Shown piece by piece: positions 26,763-39,832 of a stretch of DNA of 64,000 nucleotides (position 1 is its first letter; each line of letters opens with the position of its first letter). The translations under genes were made by a program, and so were the position numbers. Source of the DNA: Octopus sinensis (taxonomy: Eukaryota); assembly GCF_006345805.1 (NCBI RefSeq), contig NC_043011.1, positions 45,954,464-46,018,463 on the forward strand. Reading direction: 5' to 3'. The notes beneath the pieces are model-generated. The model ran no database searches. It saw only the letters and a program-made list of their open reading frames with translations, and was not told where the DNA came from.

Positions 26763-29480
26763 ATCATTATTATTATCATTATTATTGTTGTTGTTATTAT
26801 TATCCTACATCCTTTTTCCTACACTAGAATGGGCTGAATGGTTTAACAGGAAGGACAAACCCGAAAGCTTGGCCAAGTTTTACATAGAAATAGTGTGTTC
26901 ACAAGTAGAAGTACAACTGCTACGAACTCCATGTGGATTTTTATAACCTGGTCTGCTTTCTCTATGGTTGTTAATTAACTCCTATACTGAGTAGTATTAT
27001 TAGTTATGAGATACAGGTAAAATATAGGAGAAATAAAGATAAACTCAAGTTATCGGTAACTTGATACAATAAAGTGTTTACTGAGGACCCTTGTTATTGA
27101 GCATCTGTATGTATTTGGAACATCTCTCACAGAGTTCCAACAACCATAATGAGGAAATGCACATAGGAACTTTAATATGAACTTGTATTTATCCTTATTC
27201 TTGTTATGTAGGTGTGTGTATGTATATATATATTTGTGTGTGTATGTGCGTACATCTTTAAGTTTCTCACTACTTGACAACTTGTGCTTGTTTGTACATA
27301 CCCTTGTAAATTAATGGTTCAACAAAGAGACTTGAAGGATAAGTACCAAACACACACATACATGAATGAATGGATGGATGGAAAAGTTGATAGCAGCAAT
27401 TGTTGAAAGAGTAAGCAGTTAGACATAAATAATTCTGTTCAAGAGTATCTGGAAATGTTATGGCTGTTCTCTTACTTTCTCAGAGAAGCAAGATCCACTG
27501 TGCAGACATGTTGACAGAATTCGAATGCTGCAGCTTGATTAATGTTAGCATTACTATAGAAAGATGTATTTATGGCTGTAGTGTTGATCTGGAAAGTTAT
27601 ATTTTCCATACATGAATAACTAACTTTAACATTGTGAAAGTTAAAGAGATTAGGGATTTGTGTAAAGGTGGAAATGATGATGTATTTTCCTGGCTGTCTA
27701 TGCGATGGCTTTTAGGTTGTGTGATAGATTAAATCAGATTATTCTCCTCATCTTAGGTCTACTCTACAGTGTGGTGGTTCAGCCTTCTGTATGTAAACTA
27801 ATTCTTTATTGAAATCATATTATGGGTAGTCAGCGCAACCAACCATTCAGATCCCAGAATAATAATGAATGCTAGAAAGTCACTGTTAAACAACAATTCG
27901 TAATGGTTAAAAATGGTGAGAGGAAGCCCTTGGTAAATGTGGCTAAGGAGAGATATGGTGGGGCAGATAAGGATGTTTGTGAAGCATGTTGACACAATGC
28001 TCTAGGCCTCTGAATAACTTTTCTTGTATTCATGTCTAATAACAAAAATATACACTTTGTCTTTCATAATGAGCTCTCCTTCTCCTGTGTGGAAAACCAA
28101 ACATTACACACACACTCTCTCTCTCTCTGTAACTCATTCACACACACAACCCTTGTTCCAAGAAATAGAGGCAGCCAGTTAATCATGATATACATAAAGA
28201 AATATGTCCTATTACTTGAAATTACACAAAACAGTACCTGACAGCAGTGATATACAGAAAAGAACTATCTCTCTCTCTCACACACACACATATATATCAA
28301 CTTAAGCTGTCAGCAGTCTGAACATAACTCTTTATCAATGAATGAAGAACTGTAGTTAGGTATTTTATTTAGCTGTTTCAGGCAGACAGCAAACTAAAGG
28401 ACAGCTGGTTCACTAAGTAATGGATCTGTCAATTTAGCTGCTCACTATATCTGTGTTTTTTTTGTTTTTTGTTTGTATGTTCTTAGAAATTACTATGTGG
28501 ACAGAAAGTAGCTTTTTCTCTTTACACTTCATTTAAACAGGAAATAGAGGTATAAACATAAGTGTACATCATTATATTGTTGTTCAATTGAAAACAATGT
28601 TAGAAGCCCGATCTGACAAGGCTGCATCGATATGTTCAATTGTTATGCCGCATTATAATTTCCTCCTTTCCAGCTTTGACATTATTTTGTTAAAAAAGGT
28701 AAATTAAAATGTGGAACATGGTGCCATGTTTAGACTGGTAAAATGATATTAAAGAAAAGGAATAAAGCAAATGCTTTCTTTGGGAAAATAGAACAGATTT
28801 TTTGACAGAAATTTTAAAGTAGTTTTTTTATACTGCAAAATACATTACACACACACACATGTATGTATGTGTGTATGTATGTATGTATGTATGTATGTAT
28901 GTATGTATGTATGTATGTATGTATAAATGAGATGTTTGCCAAATTGTTGACTACAAAAATATATCATAACACAAAAATTAATTTATTTTATTTTAAATTT
29001 CATTTTATATTCTTTGTTTAATTCAATTAGATTTTCCTTTTTTTTCTAAGCAAAACTAATGAGACTTAAGATTTAAGATCTTTTAACTGGTTTCACTCCA
29101 GATTGAACCTGTTGATCACGGGTATCCTAATGTAATTTGTGTTGATTTTCAGTGATAATTATGTTTTTATAAATTCTCAAAACAGACTGCAACTTTCAAT
29201 TTCTACATGTACCTTGATAACAGTGTAGGAGTTTTCTTGTCAATTTTTTAAAGTTTAGTTTTATTCTCTCTAACTTAGCATTTTAGACTTTTGTTACTCC
29301 TATTACAAATGATATTTTAAAATTTAAGGGCCTAGATATTGACAAAATCATTAAGTTAAGATAGCTCAGAATATCTTCAATAGTGTCAATCTATTGATGT
29401 AGTATATACTAAGCTAATGTAATCCTAATTATCTTCAACACTGTCTAAACTTAAGAGAACATATGTATTTGTCCTATTAA

Positions 29481-29701
29481 CCCTTTTGTTACCAGCCTGG
29501 CTGAAACTAGCTCTGGCTCTGTAGTAGAAATGTCTTGTTTTCATAAGTTTTGAATTAAAATCTTCCACCAAACCTTAGTTACTAGTTATATTCATAAGAC
29601 TAGCTTAATGATAACTAAGTTATTTTACTAAATTCTTTGTTATATTCAAATTAATTGAAAGAAAAACAGAGCATCTCAAAATAAATATGGTAACAAAATG
29701 G
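29481..29701 (-). mobile_element. piggyBac-like MITE family P1
   Basis: TTAA at 29477-80 and 29702-05; CCCTTT(T/C)GTTAC-type TIRs. Confidence 0.85.
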
Positions 29702-29928
29702 TTAAGTGGGTTATTTGGGAGGCTGGTTATAGTGGAGCAAAATTCTAAATTTGATAATCTAAAGTAGTACAAGCAATGATGTATGAAACAAAGTTTAATT
29801 ATTTGGAATATTAATCTAAGAAGCAGGAAAGAGAGAGTTATGCTCTTAAGAGTACACATGTGACATAAAAAAACTTGGGAATCAAGTCTTCAGTTGACCA
29901 GTAGAAAATAACAAACTATAATAAATAC

Positions 29929-30228
29929 GTGGAGGCACAATGGCCTAGTGGTTAGGGCAGCGGACTCGCGGTCGCAGGATCGTGGTTTCGATTCCCAGAC
30001 CGGGCGTTGTGAGTGTTTATTGAGCGAAAACACCTAAAAGCTCCACAAGGCTCCGGAAGGGGGTGGTGATTCCTGCTGTACTCTTTCACCACTCTTTCTT
30101 CTGTTGGCCTGCTCGCTTAGCCAGCGGGGTGGCGTCATTCGAAGGCTAAAACAATGCGAACGCATTGTGACCAGTGATGTGTAACAACAGCTGATGGTCA
30201 GGTCGGTCCCGTGATCCCCGTGATAATA
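29929..30228 (+). mobile_element. SINE family B variant
   Basis: gtggaggcacaatggcctagtggttagggcagcggactcgcgg...ggtttcgattcccagaccggg. Confidence 0.9.
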
Positions 30229-30841
30229 AATACAGTGTGCTGAAGGATAGATATATTCAGGAAGTTGTAGCAGCAATTTTCTATCATTACCCATCTTTGC
30301 ATACTTAATATAACCATAACAGTAGTCATTATAAGAATAATATCGGCAAACAACAGCAATATAGGTAGCATAGATAGCGTTCCAGGCAGCTCCAGTAATA
30401 TAGAGAAACTGGTTGCATTATTAATTGACATTTCATAAACACTAGTGGATATCCATCATTTGTTGTTCTACAGCTAATAATATATGCCAATTTGAAATCG
30501 TCTGCACCCTTGGACATTGCTCTTAAAGAAGCAGATGTTGATAATATTAAAGGAAAAAAGAAAACCTTTCCACCGAAGTTTAGCACCATCAAAAGCTTCA
30601 CAAAACGAAAAAAAAAAAAAAAACCTGTTTTCACATTTAATCCATAGAAACTTCCGTAATTGATATGGAAACACTCCTGTCATTCTCGCTTATCATCAAA
30701 TGTTTTTCCATTTTACATCATTAATTTCACTCATTCCAAGGCTGAAACATTTTCACCCCCACCCACCCACATAACAGCGCTTGCACTTTACACAGAATTG
30801 TTTTCGTCATTCGACAAACATTACTTTACCTGTCCCACACT

Positions 30842-31458
30842 CTCTTACTTGCTTCAGTCATTTGACTGCGGCCATGCTGGAGCACCGCCTTTAGTCGAGC
30901 AAATCGACCCCCAGGACTTATTCTTTGTAAGCCTAGTACTTATTCTATCGGTCTCTTTTGCCGAACCGCTAGGCTACGGGAACGTAAACACACTAGCATC
31001 GGTTGTCAAGTGCTGTTGGGGGGACAAACACAGACACACAGACACATACATACATACATACATATATATATATATATAAATTTAAAATGAAGGTGAGAAA
31101 TTAGATATTAATTTAATTAACATCGATTTCACACCAGTGGTCTAGCATATAAAAAACTGAAGGTTCTGTAAAATTGTATTATATACATATTAGAGGGAAA
31201 CCACTATGTGGTCACCCTTATGCTAGATCGATTTCTAGCATAAGTGTGTCCACATAGTGGTTTCCCTCCAATGTATATATATATATATATATATACGATG
31301 GGCATCTTTCAGTTTCCGTCTACTAAATCTACTCACAAGGCTTCGGTTGGCCCGAGGCTATAGTAGAAGGCACTTGCCCAAGGTGCCACGCAGTGGGACT
31401 GAACCCGGAACCATGTGGTTTGTAAGCAAGCTTCTTTCTACACAGCCACTCCTACGCC
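30842..31458 (-). mobile_element. SINE family A with a ~195-bp insert (31078-31272) in its TA linker
   Basis: The SINE halves flank the insert and rejoin collinearly. Confidence 0.85.
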
Positions 31459-32140
31459 TATAACACTATCAAACTTTCTCTTCTTTCTGCTTATCATATT
31501 CATCTGTGAGGATTTAACATAAGCTTAATATTTATCCTTTAGAGTTTAACATCATCCTAATGTTTATCCTTTAGAATTTGACATTAGCCTATGAATTTGT
31601 CTAATACATTATTTTCGTAAATTCATTTGCAGTTTGAGTAAATCTATATGTATAAAGTAGTGTACCTTAAGAAGCAACTACACTATGGAAATAAATGAAG
31701 CATAAAGAAGGACAACTAATCTTCATTTGAAGAATGATCACTGAGTCTTTACTATTCCAATTCAATCCCATTACAGAAATATAAAAAAACGCAAAATTCC
31801 TTAGTATTTTATAAATTAAATATCAATAACAATTTCTGAATCAGAAAATTATAAAGAAAATTATAAAGATCCCTCTTTGAAATGAATATTTGATGGACAA
31901 AAGACACACTGTTTAAGATGACTTTCAGAAATATGATAACAGTAGACAGGTTGGTTTTTTTTTTTTTATATTTGTAAGAATATCCTATTCAGTAGAAAAA
32001 CGAAGAGCAATTATTTATTGAAGAAAGTTAGCTACATGCAGAAAATGTTATTGACAAAATTCTAAGTTTGGTATTTCAATAGTTTGAATAGAATATTACA
32101 CTATAAAAGATTATATATATGTGTGCATGTGTGTGTGTAT

Positions 32141-32390
32141 GTGGAGGCGTAATGGCCCATTGGTTAGGGCAGCGGACTCGTGCTTGTAGGATTGCGGTTT
32201 CAATTCCCAGACCGGGCATTGTGAGTGTTTATTGAGCGAAAACACCTAAAAGCTCCTTGAGGCTCTGGCAGGGGGTGCTCGCTCAGCCAGTGGGGTGGTG
32301 TCATTTGAAGGCTAAAACAATGCGAAGTGCATTGTGACCAGCGATGTGTAGCAACATCTGATAGCTTGGTCGGTCACAGTGATCATGGTA
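32141..32390 (+). mobile_element. SINE family B variant
   Basis: Collinear with 29929-30228, with an internal deletion. Confidence 0.85.
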
Positions 32391-32434
32391 ATATATATTA
32401 TATATATACACACACATATATATATATATATATT

Positions 32435-32667
32435 TTTTCTTCTTGTACTTGTTATAGTCATTAGACTGCCACCATGCTGGGGCACTGCCTTGAAAAACTT
32501 TTAGTCAAATGGATTGACCTTAGTACTTATTTACTTTTTAAGCCTGGTGCTAATTCTGTAGACCTCTTTTGGTGCAGTGCTAAGTTACGTATATGTGAAC
32601 ACACCAGCACTAGTTGTCAAGTAGTGGTGGAGGAGAAACAGACACAAAGCTACAGAAACATACACGT

Positions 32668-32706
<39 letters not shown>

Positions 32707-32830
32707 ACAGGCTTCTTTCAGTTTCCATCTACCAAATCCACTCACAATGCTTTGTAGAAGACACTCGCCCAAGGTGCCACGCAGTAGGACTGAGCCCAGA
32801 ACCATTTGGGTGGGAAGCAAGCTTTTTACT
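32435..32830 (-). mobile_element. SINE family A, degenerate
   Basis: ccatgctggggcactgcc...aagacactcgcccaaggtgccacgc. Confidence 0.8.
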
Positions 32831-33399
32831 ACTCATCCACATAGAATTTATATTTTTTCAAGAATTCTGAAAATTACTGGCATTATTAGAAATTATTATA
32901 TCAATCATAAGTGACTCTGCTTTATAGAATTGTCCACTGCAGGTGATGCAAAATGAATGGAAACATCAGATTAATGAAAATAGAATCCTTCAGAATATTT
33001 TACATAACAGTCAATTATGTCTTTAATTAGGTTAGAGGGATTACAAAGAAGTAATTAGAAGATCAAAAATATAAAAGAAAATTTAGCTTATCAGTTAATT
33101 AAGTCTGTTGACTAATTTCTGTATAGCAAGTTGTAAGGTCATGCCATTTTCCATGTTATCATACAACAGTCTTTGTTTTACCTGTTGAAAATTGTGTAAC
33201 ACCACAGAGATGTTAACTACTCAGAGATTTTAAGTAAATGCAAAGAATTATTTTCATCAAAAGTCAATTAGTATTTGTAAATAATTAAATTCTTTACGTT
33301 TATGGAAATGTAAAAAGGCTGATGTCATGTATTGCAATATTTATTTGAAAAGTTGATTAGGCACAGGAGTGGCTGTGTGGTAAGTAGCTTTTGGACTGA

Positions 33400-33965
33400 C
33401 TTTGGTGGGTAGGTGATTAGTCAATTACATCAACCCCCAGTGTTCCACTGGTTCTTAATTTATCGACCTCAATAGGATGAAAGGCAAAGACGACCTCAGC
33501 AGAATTTAATAATAATAATAATGAAATTATTGTATACAGTGCTCAGGTGCACCACAACTTGTCAGGAAGTGCATATAAAGTACATGCAGTAATGCACAAA
33601 TGTCTGGAAAGCGAACAATGTATGAGTCAGATACATGCTTGTGTGTGTATGGAGGGGAGAAAATCAGGTGTAGTGTTGGCGAATCTCAGAAAGCATGGAA
33701 GTTTTGAAGGATGCAGTGCTCCGACAACTAACAACTGATGCCGGCAGTTTGTTCCATGCTTCAGCAACTCTCAGCATGAAATAATGTTTCCTAAAGTCAT
33801 GGGAGCTGTGATGTTTTCTGACTTTGTAAACATGTCCACGGGTATTAGATGGGTGGAGTTTGAAAAGGTGCTCAGAGTTATTAGTGGTATTTGAACTCAA
33901 AACATAGCAATGGGCGAAATACCACTAAGCATTTCACCTGGCATGCTAACAACTCTGCCAGCTCG
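33400..33965 (-). mobile_element. SINE family C split by a CR1 fragment
   Basis: 33400-33507 and 33883-33965 rejoin at ggaattt|gaactc. Confidence 0.75.
33508..33882 (-). mobile_element. CR1-clade LINE 3' end with a (TAT)n tail
   Basis: HLFKLHPSNTRGHVYKVRK...RKHYFMLRVAEAWNKLPASVVSCRSTASFK, matching the CR1 C-terminal pattern TRGH..K...FF..RV...WN.LP..VV; degenerate TSD agcagaattt/agtggtattt. Confidence 0.9.
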
Positions 33966-34764
33966 TCACCTCATACATGATAACAATAACAATAGTAATA
34001 ATAATGATAATAATAATAATAATAACAATAATAATAATAATAATAATAATTTCACATATGAGTCAACTGCAAATGCCAGTTTGAGTGCAGGTGTTAGCCT
34101 ATCTGCAAGTATTAAGCTGAGTAGAGGGGTTAGTCTATGTGTGAGGGTTAGTCCATGTACAAAGGTTAGCTTAAGAGAAGGGGCAAACCATTGGTCACAG
34201 GGGTTAGCTTGAGCACAGCGGGGGTATAAAGACTATTATTCAGGTATTTGTATAACTTCATTGCTTCAGAATACACAAAAAAAGAAAGAAAACAGTTGTT
34301 ATACATATATATTTTACCTTCATAAAACTAGCTTGCACAACTTTTTAGTTTAATATTTATGTGCCAAATCAGACTGGGTGGGGATTCTACTTTGGGAAAC
34401 TTTATAAACACAAAGTTTTCTTTTCAAATGCAAGAAAAATTCTGCTTTGTGTGCAACAATTAACTTCACAGGGTATTATTTATTTTATTTTATTTTTGCA
34501 ATATCCATTGTCTATTTAGAAGTTTTAGACAACTGAAACTGTTCTTATAGACATTGTCTGTTTGTGAATTTTTCCCCTCTTCATTGTTTGATTGTCATCT
34601 ACCCAGCAATGAGTTCTTCAAGTAAAATATACGGCATAATAATTTTCCTGTCTTGAAGACAGGTACTGCAGACGGGCTTGTTTTCATACTGATCCGTCAC
34701 TAAATTACCGTATGAAGATAATTTTTTTTTGTACTCAAGTTTTCTAAAAAGTACGTATGTCTTC

Positions 34765-34985
34765 ATCGTCATCATTTTAGTCTTCTCCACCATCATCACC
34801 ATCACCACCACCACCACCACCATCATTATCATCATCATCAACACCACCACCACCAAAACATCACCATTATCATCACCACAATCATCATCATCAATATTAT
34901 CACCACCACCACCACCACCACCACCACCATCATCATCATCACCATCATCATCACCATCACCATCATCATCATCATCATCATCATC
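34765..34985. repeat. (CAT)n/(CAC)n microsatellite
   Basis: Direct reading. Confidence 0.95.
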
Positions 34986-35473
34986 GTTTTTATCTGTGAG
35001 GTTCGACATTGTCAGCTGTAAAAGTCTCCTTGTCATCTGTCTCAGGAGTAGCTTCGACAATCAACTCCTCCAGGCAATATTTTTAATAATCTAGCATATC
35101 TCTTCCATACGTATGACTATCTCCATGCCAGCACCATCAACATGGCTGCATCCATGAGCCTATGTTTTTTTTTTTACTGTTTACTACTTGCTTTCTTAAA
35201 CTCACATTCAGTTTTTTCTCATAAGTTCACATTGCTTCTCTGTAACGTTAACTTATGATTTCCAATAGTAACAATGTGTTTCTATAACTTACAGAATCAA
35301 AAAACAAATATTAGTGACAGATCCAGCTCACTGGCTAATCACAACACCAGTACCTTTTCTAGCACTGCTTTTTTTATATATCACTGGCCAATAGATGAGC
35401 TGTTGCTCTCTCTAATGGTCAGGCATCCATCATTAACAAGGCCGAGGAAGAAGATCTCTCTCTCTCTCTCTCT

Positions 35474-35872
35474 CTCTTTTACTCTTTTACTTGTTTCAGT
35501 CATTTGACTGTGGCCATGCAGGAGCACCGCCTTTAATCGAGCAAGTCGACCCCGGGACTTATTCTTTCCTAAGCCCAGTACTTATTCTATCGGTCTCTTT
35601 TGCCGAACCGCTAAGTAACGGGGACATAAACACACCAGCATCGGTTGTCAAGCAATGCTAGGGGGACAAACACAGACACACACACGCATATATATATATA
35701 TATATACATATATACGATGGGCTTCTTTCAGTTTCTGTCTACCAAATCCACTCACAAGGCTTTGGTCGGTCTGAGGCTATAGTAGAAGACACTTGCCTAA
35801 GGTGCCACGCAGTGGGACTGAACCCAGAACCATGTGGTTGGTAAACAAGCTACTTACCACACAGCCACTCCT
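35474..35872 (-). mobile_element. SINE family A, full length
   Basis: Collinear with the reverse complement of 16996-17402. Confidence 0.9.
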
Positions 35873-36263
35873 CTGATCACTGAATTTATGATAACCTTTT
35901 AGCATTTCAGATTCTACTGTCAAATGTAATGTTTATTAATTCATATTGTTTTGAATCACATGATCAGGTGGTTTCGGCACTGGATGGTCATGGGGAGTCA
36001 TAGGGATTTATCTCCCCCTTAGCAATATAAACAAGAGTACATTCTGCACCAAAAGTCAATATGAGAGCTTCTGTCATGGTATCTACCATAGAATAGTTTG
36101 TTCTAACAGAACATCCTTGTTTAATTGCGGATAAGTATTACCTCTTGCAGAATCAGTCTTCTTGCTCTGATGTGTGCCAAAATTTGAAACCATGATTCTT
36201 ATTATTAGTACAATCATGTCACTATAGACTTGGTTTTTGGATTCTCTTGCACCACATTCTAAG

Positions 36264-36436
36264 CACTAGCGTAGCTAGAGTGTGTGCCGCTTGGGGCAGC
36301 CCTTCCATTTTTCAACCCTGGACCCCACAAAAGACACATATTACCTACTGCAGACCCCAAAGTGCCACCCCTTTAAAAGTGCTGCCCAGGGCAGACCGCT
36401 CCCTACTGTGACCCCTCCCATCCAGCTACGCCAGTG
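36264..36436. mobile_element. hAT-type MITE (173 bp)
   Basis: 13-bp TIR CACTAGCGTAGCT / AGCTACGCCAGTG (1 mismatch); 8-bp TSD ATTCTAAG / ATTCTAAA. Confidence 0.8.
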
Positions 36437-36505
36437 ATTCTAAACTGTATAACATTTGTCAATTAACTTTCCTGCCAACCACTATCCACATTTAGTTTGG
36501 TTTAA

Positions 36506-36724
36506 CCCTTTCAATACCAGCCCAGCCGGAACCACCTCTGGCTCTGTAGTACAAATGTCATGTTTCCATAAGTTTAGAATTAAAATCTTCCAAACCTGAG
36601 TCACAATTTATGTTCCTAACACCAGTTTAATGATAACTAAGTTATTTTACAAAATTTTTTGCTATATTTAAAATTAATTGAAAGAAACACAGTGCATCTC
36701 AAAATAAATACGATAACAAAAGGG
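36506..36724 (-). mobile_element. piggyBac-like MITE family P1
   Basis: TTAA CCCTTTC...AAAGGG; body collinear with the other P1 copies. Confidence 0.85.
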
Positions 36725-38559
36725 TAGGTAAAGAAAAACATCTTTTTTTCTTTTGCCGGTAATAAAAAATTGCCATGGAAAAGTGAAAAGTTATGAACTC
36801 AGAAATGAAATATAAGATAAATATTCTAAAATCTCAGACTTGAAGCATGGTGGATACTTCCATTAACAAATGGTTTTAATGAGACTAACATCTATTTTAG
36901 GAGTTAGCAAAACAAACCATTCCCTGAATTTCGGGGAACCATAGGGTTGATGCTTAATTCCTCATTACTGTGGATGTTAAGCAGATGAGAAACAAACATG
37001 TTCCTTGTTATAACATTACAAAAGTCTTCTTAGAGCAGACTTGAACATTTTCTCAGCAACTAGTTGAAGAGATAGCAATAGGAAGAGATAGCAAGATAGC
37101 ATAGTCTGTTCAAAAACAGAACAAAATGCTTGCAGAATATTTGAAATTACAAACCATTCACTCCTCCACTGGCAGAAGAAAGTTAAAGAAAAGAAGTTTA
37201 TTTCAACATAAATATGAAATTATTGTATAATATAAGCTAACTTAAAAAGAACATAGCATCTCAATCCACAGGATATTAAACGGGGCGGGAATGTTTTATT
37301 AAGCTTGTATTTTGAGATTTATCATAACAGATCTGAATCAAAGAAGCAATGGCAGAAAGAATGTTTTAAAGCTAAAGTCATTAACCAGAGGCTGGTCTTC
37401 GTAATAGAAGTTTTCTGGAAACAGATAACAGTAACAAAGTCAACTGTACAAAGATTTTTATATAAGAAATAAAGCATCAACAGATACTCTAAATGAGCAA
37501 CTATCAGAGGCAAGAAATGGTTGCCTATAATCACATTAGCAGATTGTTACTCACTTTCCAATTTATTCTTGTGATCTAATAATGAGAGTGAAGAGAAGGA
37601 AGAAGAGCTACTGCAAGTGAAGAGTAAGAAGGAAGAGAGGCAAACAGTAAGAAAAGACAGTTAAAAAAAAAGACGAACCGCTGAAGTAATATAAGAAGAA
37701 GAATTAGATGTAATAAAACAAAATTGAAAGTAAAATAGCAAGTTAAAACAATAAGGAAATAAGTGAATAGTAACAAAGAAAATGGGTAATAATAGTGAAA
37801 ATGAAAGTAAATCAGTTAGCGAAGAGTGTGTGAGGAAGGGGCAGGGGAGAGAGAGAGAGAGAGAAAGAAATGAAGATATATGGTACACAAAGTTAATCTA
37901 ATGACCTGGGCTATTACTGTGTAACTGGTAGTTAATATGTGTATAGTCATCCTGTAAAACTGTGTACATGTGTGTGTGTATATATATGATGTTTGCGCAC
38001 ATGTACATACGCAAGTGTAGTGAACACACAAAAGAAAGAAGAAAGGTTTAACATCCTCTGATCCTGTCTTTGAAGATGAATATGAGAAAGACAACAGCAA
38101 ACAAAAAAAAAAGGAAGAAAGCGAAGGTAATTTATATTGCAATCTGATAGACATAATAAAAAAAAATATATATTTGTTGACTGAAAAAAAAAGTAGAAAA
38201 AATGGTAGAAAGGAGAGGAGAGAAGAAAAAAGTGAATGTTTTTCTTTACTGCCTTGACAATCTTTCCATGTTTACTGTTCAATCTATGATGAGAGAATAT
38301 AACCACATAGAAAAGAAGCATTGAATACTAGAAAGACTATATAGCTTCGCTTAACTCTCTATTTTCAACATTTCTCTCATCACACCTCGTATTTAATGTA
38401 AGTTAATGGAATAAACATAGAGTGAACTTATATCCTAAGTTTAGAGCACAGTTTCTCGACTTTCAGAGGAATGGCGCTTGGTTTGTTCATCTCTCGTTCT
38501 CTCTTGCAAATACATACATACATACATACATACATACATACATAATACATATCATCATC

Positions 38560-39000
38560 ATCATCATTTAATGTCTGTATCCCATGCTGGCACATGTCAG
38601 ACAGATTGGCAATCTGGACAGCTAGGCGGCTAGCTGGCAGAAACATTAGCACGCTGGGCGAAATGCTTAGCTGTTCGTCTGCTGTTACGTTCTGAGTTCA
38701 AATTCTGCCGAGGTCAACTTTGCCTTTCATCCTTTCGGAGTCGATAAATTAAGTACCAGTTACGCACTGGGGTCGATGTAATCAACCTAATCCTTTTGTC
38801 TGTCCTTGTTTGCCCCCTCTATGTTTAGCCCCTTGTGGGCAATAAAGAAATAAGATTGGCAATCTGATGTGTTCAAGGAACTTACATCATATTCCAATGT
38901 CTGCTTTCGCATGGTTTCTACAGTTTGATGCACTTCCTAATGCCAACCATTTTGCTGCATGAAAGTAGGTGTTTTTTTTTTTTACATACCACCAGCACTA
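38560..39000 (-). mobile_element. Family D fragment split by a family C SINE
   Basis: (CAT)n-tttaatgtctgtatcccatgctggca ... gatgcacttcctaatgccaacc. Confidence 0.6.
38617..38852 (+). mobile_element. SINE family C, full length
   Basis: 14-bp TSD AGATTGGCAATCTG at 38603-38616 and 38853-38866. Confidence 0.9.
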
Positions 39001-39344
39001 GTGAGCTTTCCATGTGGCTTGCAAGACTTATGATCCCTTTTGATTGAGTAGATATTAACACAGAAACAAAATTAGAATGCCCAGTATAGACACACACACA
39101 CACATATATGGGAGTGAATTGATATTATAGTTGTAGAGTATTAGTCATTATAAATTGGAACTTGAAGTTTCATTACTTGATAATCTCAACATAATCATCA
39201 TGGTAAGAAGCTTGCTTACGAAGCACGTGGTTCTGGGTTCAGTCCCACCTCGTGCCACCTTGGGCAAGTGTCTTCTACAATAGCCTTGGGCTGACCAAAG
39301 CCTTGTGAGTGGATTTGGTTTGACGGAAACTGAAAGAAGCCCGT

Positions 39345-39384
<40 letters not shown>

Positions 39385-39599
39385 ATGTGAAATAGAAAGA
39401 TGAATAATCTTGTAGTAGATTAATCAAAAGTTTAACCGATACCTTAGTAGCAAAAATCACAGCAGTAAACAGCACGGTTGGAGGTACAACCATATGGTGT
39501 TGCAACCGTGCGTTGGTGCGGATAATTGAAATTAAAACATTATTGGTGAATTGAAGAAATGGAGCTGAACGCAGATTGAACAGAAATCGTTTTATTTCA

Positions 39600-39678
39600 T
39601 TCTACACGTGTTTCGAAAGGCACAAATTACCAAAATCCGATTGAATAATGGGACCATATTGTGTCTTTCTCTTCAGGA
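39600..39678 (-). ncRNA. Mirror copy of the hammerhead core, with only 2 bp of stem I
   Basis: Exact reverse complement of 39748-39826; its upstream sequence gives only a UC/GA stem I. Confidence 0.5.
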
Positions 39679-39741
39679 GCATAGTTCGATTTGTTTTTGC
39701 TCCGCCTCTGTTCTGTTTTTGTTTTTCCAATGGATTTCCTT

Positions 39742-39832
39742 TTTTCTTCCTGAAGAGAAAGACACAATATGGTCCCATTATTCAATCGGATTTTGGTAAT
39801 TTGTGCCTTTCGAAACACGTGTAGAATGAAAT
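39742..39832 (+). ncRNA. Minimal type I hammerhead ribozyme, canonical core
   Basis: CUGAAGA 39750-56; stem II 10 of 11 bp (39757-67 / 39801-11); GAAA 39812-15; palindromic stem III ACACGUGU; GUA cleavage triplet 39821-23; stem I UUC/GAA plus 4 more pairs after one mismatch. Confidence 0.75.

Noticed and set aside
29929-30005. tRNA-like sequences at SINE heads
   Set aside because: A/B box-like motifs continue into SINE bodies in many diverged copies; no complete cloverleaf.
30235-30640. GADDFKL (RT-like) and YRETG (Tc1-like) motifs
   Set aside because: They lie on opposite strands with no surrounding domain context; likely chance.
31124-31240. Hammerhead call for the 31-kb hairpin
   Set aside because: Only GAAA plus a palindrome is present; the CUGANGA core and stem II are absent.
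33983-34215. Interstitial telomeric repeat
   Set aside because: GGTTAG hexamers are spaced 18 nt apart rather than contiguous; kept only as a minisatellite finding.
34599-35094. 153-aa acidic and 121-aa S/P/T-rich ORFs
   Set aside because: Dominated by a (CAT/CAC)n tract and open on both strands; no recognisable host protein.
39608-39818. Two opposite-strand ORFs with identical N-termini (MFRKAQITKIRL...)
   Set aside because: A by-product of the perfect inverted repeat; the conserved signal is RNA structure.
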